From: an uncultured delta proteobacterium
GTDB taxonomy: Bacteria > Myxococcota > Myxococcia > Myxococcales > Myxococcaceae
Direction of reading: 5' to 3'
DNA length: 64,000 nt
Assembly: GCA_963776345.1 (NCBI GenBank)
Contig: CAVZMH010000022.1
Coordinates: 416,001 to 480,000, forward strand
The notes below the pieces were generated by a model. The model made no database searches. It was not told the origin of the DNA and worked only from the letters and a program-made list of their open reading frames with translations. Of the stretch, positions 1-9,322 are shown one piece after another. The translations under genes and the position numbers were made by a program. Each line of letters begins with the position of its first letter. Positions within the stretch are counted from its first letter, which is position 1.

Positions 1-423
1 CGACCAGGAGGCGGTCGGGAGGAGCGCGGGGAAGCGCTGGGGCTGTGAGCCCCCCGGGTAGAAGAGCCGGATGCACTCGCGGAGCGCCGTGCCGCCCATC
101 AGCGTGGCGAGGAGGGTGTTCAGCGCCGGCGCTCCCTTGAGCGGAAGGACCAGGACGCGTCCCAGGACGGCCCCGAGGAGCGCCATCGACAGGGTGGCGG
201 CCAGCGCCACGACGATCAGCTGAGGCACCGCGGCCTGGACTCCGGCGTGGAGCAGCGCGGCGTAGGCGGCGAGGCCCACGAACGCTCCGGCGGTGAGCAC
301 GTCACCATGGGCGAACTGGACCACGTCGAGGACGCCGAAGAAGAGCGTGAAGCCCAGCGCCACCAGGGCGTACATCAGCCCGAGCATCACGCCGTTCATC
401 ACGTACTGCGCGAGGAGATCCAC
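1..423 (-). CDS. livH: Branched-chain amino acid ABC transporter permease, LivH-type (3' end runs off the window)
   Basis: Not in the ORF track. GTG at 423 reads MDLLAQYVMNGVMLGLMYALVALGFTLFFGVLDVVQFAHGD, the typical LivH N-terminus, and lies directly downstream of a LivK-like gene. Confidence 0.85.
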   Translation of the reverse strand, partial: MDLLAQYVMNGVMLGLMYALVALGFTLFFGVLDVVQFAHGDVLTAGAFVGLAAYAALLHAGVQAAVPQLIVVALAATLSMALLGAVLGRVLVLPLKGAPALNTLLATLMGGTALRECIRLFYPGGSQPQRFPALLPTASWS

Positions 424-448
424 GGGCCGTCGCCCAGACCGGCGCCGC

Positions 449-1606
449 TCAGCGCCCCTTCAGCTTCCGCTTCCCGGCGGCGTACTCGCTGTCCTCCCAG
501 ACGACCCACTTCCCGTCCTGGACGACATAGGCGGTGATGGCGGCGACCGTGTTCTGGCCGTGGTCGTCGAAGGTGATGGGGCCGACGATGGAGTCCCGGT
601 TCTTCACCTCGCCCAGGGCGGTGAGAATCTTCTTCCGGTCCGGGCCGACCTTGTCGATGGTGTCCATCAGGAGCGTCGCCGCGGCGTAGGCGAAGGGGCC
701 ATAGGCCTCGGGCGGGTTCGGGTACTTCTGCTCGGCATACTTCTCGAGGAAGAACTTTCCGCCGGGCAGCTTCTCGGCGGGCGCGCCCTCGCGAAAGGCC
801 ACCACGCCCTCGGCGAGCGGGCCGAGGGCCTTGATGAAGTCGTCATTGACGATGCCCGAGGTGCCCTGGAACTGGGCGTTGATGCCCAGCTTGTCCATCT
901 GGGCGCGGATGCGGACGCCGATCGGGGTGAGGCCGCCGAAGAAGATGACCTCGGGGTTCAGGGCCTTGGCCTGGGTGAGCTCGGCGGTGAAGTCCTGCTG
1001 GTCGGCGGTGACGCCGAAGCTGCCGAGGATCTTCCCGCCGCCGGCGGTGGCGAACTGGGTGAAGTACTTCTCGTGGCCCTTTCCGTAGTCGGTGGTGTCG
1101 TGGATGATCACCCAGCGCCGGAAGCCCTGCTTGAGCATCAGCTTCGCCGCGGTCTCGTTCTGGTTGATCATCGTCCCGTTCACCCGGTGGATCTCCTTGT
1201 AGGAGTGGCCGTAGGTGATGTCGGGGAGCACCGCGCCCCAGACGATGGTCGGCAGCCCGAGCCGGTGGAAGGTCTCCACCGTGGCCACCGCCACCACCGA
1301 GCAATAGTGGGTGACGCCCGCGACGATAGACTTGTCGGCCCCGGCCTTGGTGGCGACCTGGACGCCGGTGTCCGGCTTGCACTCGTCGTCCAGGACGACC
1401 AGCTCGTACTGGTACTTCGACTTGGGGTCGGCGTTTCGCAGCTTCACGGCGACGTCGGCCGAGTTCCGGCCGCCGAGGCCGATGGCGGAGTTCCCGCCGG
1501 TGAGGGGGCCGATGAAGGCCAGCTTCACGGTCTCCTTCGCGGAGGCGGGCAGCGCGACCAGGAGCACGAGAAGGGCGAGGCGGAGAAGGGCGAGCGTCCT
1601 GAGCAT
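449..1606 (-). CDS. livK: Branched-chain amino acid ABC transporter substrate-binding protein (LivK/LivJ family)
   Basis: Signal peptide MLRTLALLRLALLVLLVALPASA; motifs KLAFIGPLTG, LDDECKP, HDTTDYGKG, ITFDDHG. Confidence 0.88.
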   Translation of the reverse strand: MLRTLALLRLALLVLLVALPASAKETVKLAFIGPLTGGNSAIGLGGRNSADVAVKLRNADPKSKYQYELVVLDDECKPDTGVQVATKAGADKSIVAGVTHYCSVVAVATVETFHRLGLPTIVWGAVLPDITYGHSYKEIHRVNGTMINQNETAAKLMLKQGFRRWVIIHDTTDYGKGHEKYFTQFATAGGGKILGSFGVTADQQDFTAELTQAKALNPEVIFFGGLTPIGVRIRAQMDKLGINAQFQGTSGIVNDDFIKALGPLAEGVVAFREGAPAEKLPGGKFFLEKYAEQKYPNPPEAYGPFAYAAATLLMDTIDKVGPDRKKILTALGEVKNRDSIVGPITFDDHGQNTVAAITAYVVQDGKWVVWEDSEYAAGKRKLKGR

Positions 1607-1692
1607 GGTTCTCCCCGGGGTCTGGATCCGGGGCGGTCTACCACGCATCGGTTCGTGAGGGCGGGGAAGCTGAGTGGGGACGAGCCCTGACC

Positions 1693-2649
1693 TCAGCGGT
1701 GGCCGCCGCCGCCGTGACCGCCGCCGCCGAAGCCACCGCCATGGCCGCCGCCACCGAAGCCACCGCCATGGCCGCCGCCGCCGAAGCCACCGCCATGGCC
1801 GCCGCCGCCGAAGCCACCGCCGTGACCGCCGCCGCCGAAGCCACCGCCATGGCCGCCGCCGCCGAAGCCGCCGGGGTGACCGCCACCGCCGAAGCCACCG
1901 GGGTGACCGCCGCTGCCAAAGCCGCCGGCGTGACCGCCGCTGCCGAATCCGCCCGGATGGCCACCGGGCCGCCCGAATCCGCCCGGACTGCCGCCGCCGC
2001 CGAATCCGCCCGGGCGGCCACCGGACCGCCCGAATCCGCCCGGACTGCCGCCGACGCCGACTCCACCCGGACGGCCGTCGAAGCCACCGGGCCGCCCGAA
2101 CCCGCCAGGGTGACCGCCACCGCCGAATCCGCCCGGCCGGACGCCGGGGGCGCCACCCCGGTCACCCGGATGGCCGAAGCCGCGGCCTCCGTAGGGGCCG
2201 GCCCAGCCGCGGTGTCCCCAGTCCCCGCGACCGGCCCAGCCCGCCCCACCGCGAAAGCCGTACCAGCGGCCGTAGCCCCGGCCGTACCATCCGAAGTGGG
2301 ACCACCCGTACACGCCGAAGTAGGGACTCGGCCCGAGCCCCCAGAGCCAGGGCGCGGTCACCCAGCACCATCCGTACGACGGGTAATAAACGTACATGTC
2401 CGGGACGCCGCCGTCGGAGGGGAGGTAGCTGTACGCATCGCCGTAGGGCATCCACACCCATCCGTACTGGCCGGTGTAGACCCACTGTCCCCCGGCGGAC
2501 GGGGTGACGCTCGTCTGGTCAGGGGCGACCGGAGCACCTTCCGGCTGGGGCACGGACGGGGCCTGCATCATGTCCGGGTCCGAGGTGGCCACCTGTGCGT
2601 TCGCCAGCAACGGCCCGAGCAGCAACACCGCGGCAAGAAGTGTCTTCAT
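1693..2649 (-). CDS. Secreted protein with a W/Y/G-rich domain (DUF6600-like) and a long Gly-rich low-complexity C-terminus
   Basis: ATG at 2649 after GAGG; signal peptide MKTLLAAVLLLGPLLANA; GQWVYTGQYGWVWMPY motif; (GGFGGGGHG)n tail. Confidence 0.75.
   Translation of the reverse strand: MKTLLAAVLLLGPLLANAQVATSDPDMMQAPSVPQPEGAPVAPDQTSVTPSAGGQWVYTGQYGWVWMPYGDAYSYLPSDGGVPDMYVYYPSYGWCWVTAPWLWGLGPSPYFGVYGWSHFGWYGRGYGRWYGFRGGAGWAGRGDWGHRGWAGPYGGRGFGHPGDRGGAPGVRPGGFGGGGHPGGFGRPGGFDGRPGGVGVGGSPGGFGRSGGRPGGFGGGGSPGGFGRPGGHPGGFGSGGHAGGFGSGGHPGGFGGGGHPGGFGGGGHGGGFGGGGHGGGFGGGGHGGGFGGGGHGGGFGGGGHGGGFGGGGHGGGGHR
1714..1960. repeat. 27-bp tandem repeat (about 9 units) encoding GGFGGGGH(G/P)
   Basis: gaagcc or close variants recur at 1729, 1756, 1783, 1810, 1837, 1864, 1891, 1918 and 1945. 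Confidence 0.9.
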
Positions 2650-2774
2650 CGTTGCGACCTCAACGACCTTCGACGCCAGGCCGTGCCGCTTATTCCAAGC
2701 AGCGGGTGCCGGACTGCCGAACGGACGGTCGGCCCCCACCCTCGCCAGCAGCGCACCCCGCCGGGAGCGTTCCG

Positions 2775-3599
2775 TCACTTCCCCTCGAACACGGGGGGCC
2801 GGCGCTCGACGAAGGCGGCGATCGCCTCCTGGAAGTCCGCCGAGGGCATCACCGACGCGTTCTGCATCAGCGCCTCGCGGAGCCCGCGGTTCACGCTGTC
2901 GTCGATGCGGGCGTTCATCACCCGCTTGGTCGCGGCCACCGCCAGCGGCGGGTTGGCGGCGATCCGGGCCGCGAGCGCGCGCGCGCGAGCCAGGAGCTCC
3001 GCCGGGTCCTCGAGGACCGCATTGACCAGCCCCATCCGCTCCGCCGCGGTCGCGCCATAGTCGTCGCCGGTCAGCGCCATCTCCCGCGCATGCCCCTCGC
3101 CGACGATGAAGGGCAGCCGCTGCAGCCCACCGAGGTCCGAGACCATGCTCACCTTCACCTCGCGGAGGCTGAACCGGGCCACGGTGGTGCAGAGCCGCAC
3201 GTCGCAGGCGCAGGCGAGCTCGACCCCGGCGCCGATGCACCAGCCATCGATCGCGGCGAGCACCGGCTTGCTGCATGCGGCCACGGCCCGGAACGCCCGC
3301 TGCAACCCCTCGCCTGCTTCCACCAGACGGGCCCGCTCGGCGGCACCTCCGGTCACCAGCGGGAGCACCACCGGGCCCATCGCCATCAGATCCAGCCCGT
3401 AGGTGAAATGCACGCCCTCGCCGCGGACGATGATCGCCCGCACGCCGGCGTCGGATCCGAGGTCGGCGAAGACGCCCGGGGCCTCGGCCCAGAACTCGGG
3501 GCCGAAGGCGTTTCCCTTGCCCGGCCCGATCAGCACCACCTCGACCACATGGGGAAGGCCGCCGCGGTCCACGCGGAGCGACCGGAGCGCCTCGTTCAT
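2775..3599 (-). CDS. Crotonase / enoyl-CoA hydratase-isomerase family protein
   Basis: FTYGLDL, KPVLAAIDGWCIGAGVELACACDVR, DLGGLQRL, RRPPVFEGK. Confidence 0.9.
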   Translation of the reverse strand: MNEALRSLRVDRGGLPHVVEVVLIGPGKGNAFGPEFWAEAPGVFADLGSDAGVRAIIVRGEGVHFTYGLDLMAMGPVVLPLVTGGAAERARLVEAGEGLQRAFRAVAACSKPVLAAIDGWCIGAGVELACACDVRLCTTVARFSLREVKVSMVSDLGGLQRLPFIVGEGHAREMALTGDDYGATAAERMGLVNAVLEDPAELLARARALAARIAANPPLAVAATKRVMNARIDDSVNRGLREALMQNASVMPSADFQEAIAAFVERRPPVFEGK

Positions 3600-3745
3600 G
3601 GGGGTGAAGCCTAGCGGAGTCCGGAGCCGGCCCGGAGCGCCCGCTCGCATTCCCCCGGAGCGCAGTGCCGGCGCGGCTCTCGCCGCCGGTCCGCTGCAAT
3701 GGGCGGCGAGCGACCGCGTCCGGGAGTTAGCCTCCGGAGATCGAC

Positions 3746-5110
3746 ATGCTGACCGCGCTCGTCACCCTGACCCTCCTCGCTCCGGCCCCCGGGGTCCCTC
3801 ACGCACCCGCGGGCCCGCCTGCGTCGGGCATCGTCTTTCTCGAGGACGACTACCGGGGCGCGCTGGCCAGGGCGAGGGCCGAGAAGAAGCCGCTCTTCCT
3901 CGACACCTGGGCCACCTGGTGCCACTCGTGCCTGTCGATGCGCGCCTTCGTCTTCCCCGACGCGGGGCTGCGGCCGGCGAAGGACGCGGTGGTCTGGCTC
4001 GCGGTCGAGACCGAGGCGGAGAAGAACCGCGAGGTGGTGGAGAAGTTCCCCGCCGACGGGCTTCCGACCTTCCTCCTCATCGATCCCGACACCGAGCAGG
4101 TGATCGGCCGCTGGCTGGGCTCCTCCTCCGTGAACGAGATGCGGCAGTTCGTCCTGGAGACCACCGCCGCCTGGCAGGCGGCGCGGAAGGGCGGCAAGGT
4201 GTCCGAGGCCACGCGGGCCGAGCAGCAGGGGCACGCGGCGCAGCAGAAGCGCGACCGCGCCGGGGCGGTCGCGGCGTACCGGCGCGCCCTCGAGCTCTCG
4301 GCCAGGAACGACCCGCTGCGCCCGGAGCGGGTGAGCCTGCTGGTGGCGGCGCTGGGCCGCCTCCGCACGCCCGAGGCGCTGAGAGAATGCGTGGCACTGG
4401 CGCGCGCGGAGCTCCCGGGCATGCCGGCGAGTCCGCCCGGCGCGGACTTCAGCACCAGCGCCGCGGAGTGCGCCGCCACCGCCAGGGACATGCCGGAGGC
4501 GAAGGCGTTGCTGCCGGCGGCGCTGGCGCGGATGGAGGCGCTGGCCGGTGACCGGACCGCCGCGCTCTCGGTCGACGACCGGAGCGACCTCTACGCCAAC
4601 CTCGCTGACCAGCTGGACGAGCTGAAGCGCCACGACGAGGCCGTGGCGGCGATGCGCAAGCGCGCGGCGATGCTCGAGGCGGCCGCGGGGGTGGCGCCGG
4701 ACGTCGCGACCGCCGCCACCTTCGACGCGCACCGGACCGAGACCTACCTCTACCTGGGCGAGCTGGCGAAGGCGGAGGCGCTGCTCACCGCGCGCGAGAA
4801 GGAGATGCCCGCGGACTACAACCCGCCGGCGCGGCTCGCCCGGGTGCTCCTCGAGGAGAAGCGGGCGCCCGAGGCGGAGGCGGCGGTGAATCGTGCGCTC
4901 GCGCTGATGCCCCAGGGGCCGCGCAAGGTGGGCATCCTGGGACTGAAGGCGCGCATCCTCGAGGCGCAGGGCAAGGACCGGGCGCCGGTTCTCCGCGAGC
5001 AGCTCGCGCTGCTCAGGACGTTGCCCGGAACGCAGCGGCAGCCGGAGGTCGAGCAGCGCATCGAGGCGGAGCTCAAGGCGATCGGGGCCGCGCCCCACGC
5101 CAAGCTCTGA
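3746..5110 (+). CDS. Secreted thioredoxin-family protein with a helical/TPR-like C-terminus
   Basis: Signal peptide; KPLFLDTWATWCHSC (CxxC); GLPTFLLID; Ala/Leu-rich helical repeats; GGAG RBS. Confidence 0.8.
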   Translation: MLTALVTLTLLAPAPGVPHAPAGPPASGIVFLEDDYRGALARARAEKKPLFLDTWATWCHSCLSMRAFVFPDAGLRPAKDAVVWLAVETEAEKNREVVEKFPADGLPTFLLIDPDTEQVIGRWLGSSSVNEMRQFVLETTAAWQAARKGGKVSEATRAEQQGHAAQQKRDRAGAVAAYRRALELSARNDPLRPERVSLLVAALGRLRTPEALRECVALARAELPGMPASPPGADFSTSAAECAATARDMPEAKALLPAALARMEALAGDRTAALSVDDRSDLYANLADQLDELKRHDEAVAAMRKRAAMLEAAAGVAPDVATAATFDAHRTETYLYLGELAKAEALLTAREKEMPADYNPPARLARVLLEEKRAPEAEAAVNRALALMPQGPRKVGILGLKARILEAQGKDRAPVLREQLALLRTLPGTQRQPEVEQRIEAELKAIGAAPHAKL

Positions 5111-5111
5111 G

Positions 5112-5220
5112 CCGAAGCCCCCTTCTTTCGGGGGGTTGAAACTGCCTGCCAGCTTTGTCCCTCGTCTTGCGCAATGGGGAGCGCGGGACTGCCCGGCGCT
5201 CGCCGGTTCGACTCGCCTCG
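5112..5220 (+). promoter_or_regulatory. Conserved non-coding upstream element, copy 1 (paralog at 37188-37298)
   Basis: 46 of 60 ungapped identities with 37191-37250, a shared 3' block GCCGGTYCGRCTCGCCTCG, and identical 136-nt spacing to the downstream ATG. Confidence 0.7.
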
Positions 5221-5250
5221 GGGCCCACTCGGGGCAAAAGGAGAGGACAG

Positions 5251-6069
5251 ATGCGGAAGCTGATACTGGCGGGATTCGCCGCATTTCTCGGCGCTTGCGG
5301 CGGTGGCAACGGCAACAACAACAACGGGACGCCGGGTCTGAAGACGTTCAGCTACGGGACTCCCCAGGCGCCCACCACGGCGCAGAAGGCCACGGCCACC
5401 AGGGCCCAGACCCAGCTCAACTCGGCGGTGAGCGCCTCGGTGAACGGTCAGGTGTCCGGCGCCGCCGGGCTTCCAACGCTGACCGACTCTCTGGCCGGAT
5501 CGCTTCACGCCCTGATGGCGATTCCGGGCGACCCGGCGCTCACCGCTGGCGAACACTCCCCAGCAGCTCTGTTCGCCCGCCACAGTGGAGCGCTGAATAC
5601 GGGCTGCTACACGTACACCAGCACGAGCATCACCTACAGCAACTGCACCGTCTCGGGCAGCGGCTTCTCCGAGACGCTGAACGGGACGTTGACGGTCAGC
5701 TCCCCCTCGGTCACCTGGAACCTGACCGTGACCTGGAACTACAGCTCCGGGAACATCACCGAGAACGGAACCTACGACTGGACCGGGCAGGTGACGGTCA
5801 CCGCCAGCACCATCGTGGGCCAGGGGCGGAGCAGCTTCACCGGCCATCTGGTGAACGGTTCGACGACGTACGATTACCAGTACACCGCTGGCTTCGACGC
5901 GAACCTCACGTACCAGTCCACGCCGTCGTTCTGCATCACCGGAGGGACCCTGGAGGTCCGCCGGACACTCAACTCGGCCAGCAACGCCGGGGCCATCCCG
6001 GTGCACGACGCGGCGGCCAAGTACACCTGGTCGGGCTGTGGAAGCGTGACCGTCGCCACGGGGACGTAG
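5251..6069 (+). CDS. Lipoprotein, Thr/Ser-rich and probably beta-rich, unknown function
   Basis: RBS AGGAGAGG; MRKLILAGFAAFLGAC lipobox. Confidence 0.8.
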   Translation: MRKLILAGFAAFLGACGGGNGNNNNGTPGLKTFSYGTPQAPTTAQKATATRAQTQLNSAVSASVNGQVSGAAGLPTLTDSLAGSLHALMAIPGDPALTAGEHSPAALFARHSGALNTGCYTYTSTSITYSNCTVSGSGFSETLNGTLTVSSPSVTWNLTVTWNYSSGNITENGTYDWTGQVTVTASTIVGQGRSSFTGHLVNGSTTYDYQYTAGFDANLTYQSTPSFCITGGTLEVRRTLNSASNAGAIPVHDAAAKYTWSGCGSVTVATGT

Positions 6070-6129
6070 GCGCCCCCGCGGGCATCACGCCGGGGGGGCC
6101 GCAGCTCCAGGGCCGAGGTCTGCTCCGGC

Positions 6130-6157
6130 GTGAACACCGCCCCGGGGTTGGTACAGT
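6130..6157 (+). promoter_or_regulatory. Putative sigma70-type promoter with extended -10 (TGG-TACAGT) 7 nt before the tyrA ATG
   Basis: GTGAAC...TGGTACAGT-ccgcggg-ATG; no Shine-Dalgarno before the ATG. Confidence 0.4.
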
Positions 6158-6164
6158 CCGCGGG

Positions 6165-7256
6165 ATGGTGGTCGCGCTCCTGGGGTTCGGGCGTTTCGGG
6201 CGAGCGCTGGGGTCGCTCCTGGAGGAGGGGCAGGTCCCGTACCGCGCGCTCGATCCACGGGTCGACGTGCCGCAGCGGGTGCGGGCCGCCGGGCTCCCGG
6301 AACTCGTGGCGGGGGCGAGCTTCGTGGTGCTGGCGGTGCCGGTCCCGCGCACCAGGAGCGCGCTCGAGGCCCTGCGGCCTTTCCTGACCAAGGAGCAGAT
6401 CGTCCTCGACGTCGGCAGCGTGAAGGTGCACCCCTACGCAGATCTGGAATCGGTGCTCGGCGAGGCGATTCCCTGGGTGGCCACCCACCCGCTGTTCGGG
6501 CCGGTGAGCCTCGCCCTCGCCGAGCGCCCGCTGCGGGTCGTGGTCTGCCCGTCACCCCGGCATCCGGAGGCGGCGGCGCGCACGGCCGAGCTCTACCGTC
6601 GCATCGGCTGCGAGGTCATCGAGCAGACGCCCGAGAGCCACGACCGGGTGATGGCCCACACCCACGCGCTCACCTTCTTCGTCGCCAAGGGCATGCTCGA
6701 CGCCGGCGCGGGAATGGACGTGCCCTTCGCCCCGCCGTCGTTCCAGGCCATCTCCCGTACCATCGAGACGGTGCGCTCCGACGCCGGTCACCTCTTCGCC
6801 GCCATCCAGCGTGAGAACCCCTTCGCCCACCAGGCCCGGCAGCAGCTCCTCGAGGCGCTGGCGGAGATCAACCGGGCGCTCGAGGTCACGCCCGAGGACG
6901 CCGTCCCCGGATCGGCGAGCTTCGCCATCCCCGACCTCGGCGCCCGGTCGCCCGAGCTCCAGGAGACGCGCGACCTGATCGACGCGGTGGACCGTGAGCT
7001 CCTCGCCCTCCTCGCACGCCGCGCCACGCTCGCGCAGCGGGCCGGCAAGGCCAAGGCCGGGCTCGGCCATCCCATCCTCGACCCCGCCCGCGAAGCCGGC
7101 CTCCTCGCCGAGCGCCGCGTGTGGGCCGAGTCCGCTCACCTCGACCCCGAGGCGATCGACGAGCTCTTCCGCGCCATCCTCCGCTTCTCCCGCCGCGCCC
7201 AGCGGGGTGAGCCGCGGCCGGCGGCGGAGCCCGGGGACGAGCCGGGCACGGGCTAG
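6165..7256 (+). CDS. tyrA: Prephenate/arogenate dehydrogenase fused to a C-terminal AroQ chorismate mutase
   Basis: GFGRFG Rossmann motif, DVGSVK, THPLFGP, HDRVMA; C-terminal LQETRDLIDAVDRELLALLARR...KAK...DPARE. Confidence 0.88.
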   Translation: MVVALLGFGRFGRALGSLLEEGQVPYRALDPRVDVPQRVRAAGLPELVAGASFVVLAVPVPRTRSALEALRPFLTKEQIVLDVGSVKVHPYADLESVLGEAIPWVATHPLFGPVSLALAERPLRVVVCPSPRHPEAAARTAELYRRIGCEVIEQTPESHDRVMAHTHALTFFVAKGMLDAGAGMDVPFAPPSFQAISRTIETVRSDAGHLFAAIQRENPFAHQARQQLLEALAEINRALEVTPEDAVPGSASFAIPDLGARSPELQETRDLIDAVDRELLALLARRATLAQRAGKAKAGLGHPILDPAREAGLLAERRVWAESAHLDPEAIDELFRAILRFSRRAQRGEPRPAAEPGDEPGTG

Positions 7257-7275
7257 CGGCGGGGGAGCCGGGCGC

Positions 7276-8238
7276 TCATCCGGCGGCGGCCACCTTGGTG
7301 GGCCCGGCCGCGGCGACCGGCGTCAACCAGTGCTCGAACCCCGGCCGCTGCCCCCGGGCCGCTGCGAAGTACGCACCCTGGAGCTTGCGAGTCACCGGGC
7401 CCATGCGGCCGGTGCCGATGGTGCGGAAGTCGATCTCCCGCAGGGCGACCACCTCGGCGGCGGTCCCGCACACGAAGACCTCGTCGGCCCCGTAGAGCTG
7501 GTCACGGGAGATGGGCTGCTTCACCACCTCGTGGCCCTGCTCGCGGGCCAGGCGGATGATCGAGTCCCGGGTGAGACCCTCCAGGATCGTGGCATCGGGC
7601 GGGGTGAGGAGCGCGCCGTCCTTGACCAGGAAGATGTTCTCCCCGGTGCACTCCGCCACCAGGCCCTGGGCATCGAGCATGATGGCCTCCTCGAACCCGA
7701 GCCGGAGCGACTCGGTCTTCGCCAGCACCGAGTTGGGGTAGTTCCCGCTGATCTTCGCCTTGGTCATCATCACGTTCGGATGGTGGCGGGTGAAGGAGGA
7801 GATGTTGGCCCGAACGCCGTTCTCCACCGCCTCCGCTCCGAGGTACGCCTTCCACTCCCAGACCGCGATCCCGAAGCGGGGCTTGCCCCCATCCATCGTG
7901 AGGTTCCAGCCGCCGTCCGACAGCCAGATCAGCGGGCGCACGTAGCACTCCTGGTAGCCGCTGGCCCGGATGGTCTCCAGGCACGCCTCGGTGAGCTCGG
8001 CGACTCCGTACGGGAGCTCGCGCCAGCCGAGCACCCGCGCCGAGTTGAGCAGCCGCGCCATGTGCTCGGGCAAGCGGAACACCGCCGGACCCCGCGGCGT
8101 GCGGTAGCAGCGGATGCCCTCGAAGACGGCGACGCCGTAGTGCAGCGCCGGGGTGAGAAAATCGATCTTGGCGTCCGCCGCCGCCACCAGCTTGCCGTCG
8201 AGCCACATCGGCGGCCTCTGCGCCTTCAACGTGTCCAC
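7276..8238 (-). CDS. ilvE: Branched-chain amino acid aminotransferase
   Basis: LHYGVAVFEG, YVRP, KAKISGNY, ECTGENIF, EVFVCGTAAEV; GTG start after AGGAGAGG. Confidence 0.95.
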   Translation of the reverse strand: MDTLKAQRPPMWLDGKLVAAADAKIDFLTPALHYGVAVFEGIRCYRTPRGPAVFRLPEHMARLLNSARVLGWRELPYGVAELTEACLETIRASGYQECYVRPLIWLSDGGWNLTMDGGKPRFGIAVWEWKAYLGAEAVENGVRANISSFTRHHPNVMMTKAKISGNYPNSVLAKTESLRLGFEEAIMLDAQGLVAECTGENIFLVKDGALLTPPDATILEGLTRDSIIRLAREQGHEVVKQPISRDQLYGADEVFVCGTAAEVVALREIDFRTIGTGRMGPVTRKLQGAYFAAARGQRPGFEHWLTPVAAAGPTKVAAAG

Positions 8239-8296
8239 GTCCTCTCCTGTGCGTTCGCTTCGGTGATCACCTGCCACTCCGTCCCGGCGCTCCGGC

Positions 8297-9322
<1,026 letters not shown>

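Noticed and set aside
1699..3060. 453-aa Ala/Thr/Glu repeat ORF on the plus strand
   Set aside because: Antisense shadow of the Gly-rich protein, which has a signal peptide and RBS; it also overlaps the crotonase gene.
1693..3699. 668-aa ORF as a single protein
   Set aside because: The N-terminal part is an off-frame overlap with the crotonase gene; the credible start is the ATG at 2649.
5115..5137. Hairpin as a simple intrinsic terminator of the thioredoxin gene
   Set aside because: Weak U-tract, and the same dyad recurs at 37191 where no gene ends; treated as part of the shared element, though a dual role is possible.
5200..5216. GGTTCGACTC resembling a tRNA T-loop or integration-site remnant
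   Set aside because: No cloverleaf, anticodon arm or CCA; the second copy reads GGTCCGGCTC.
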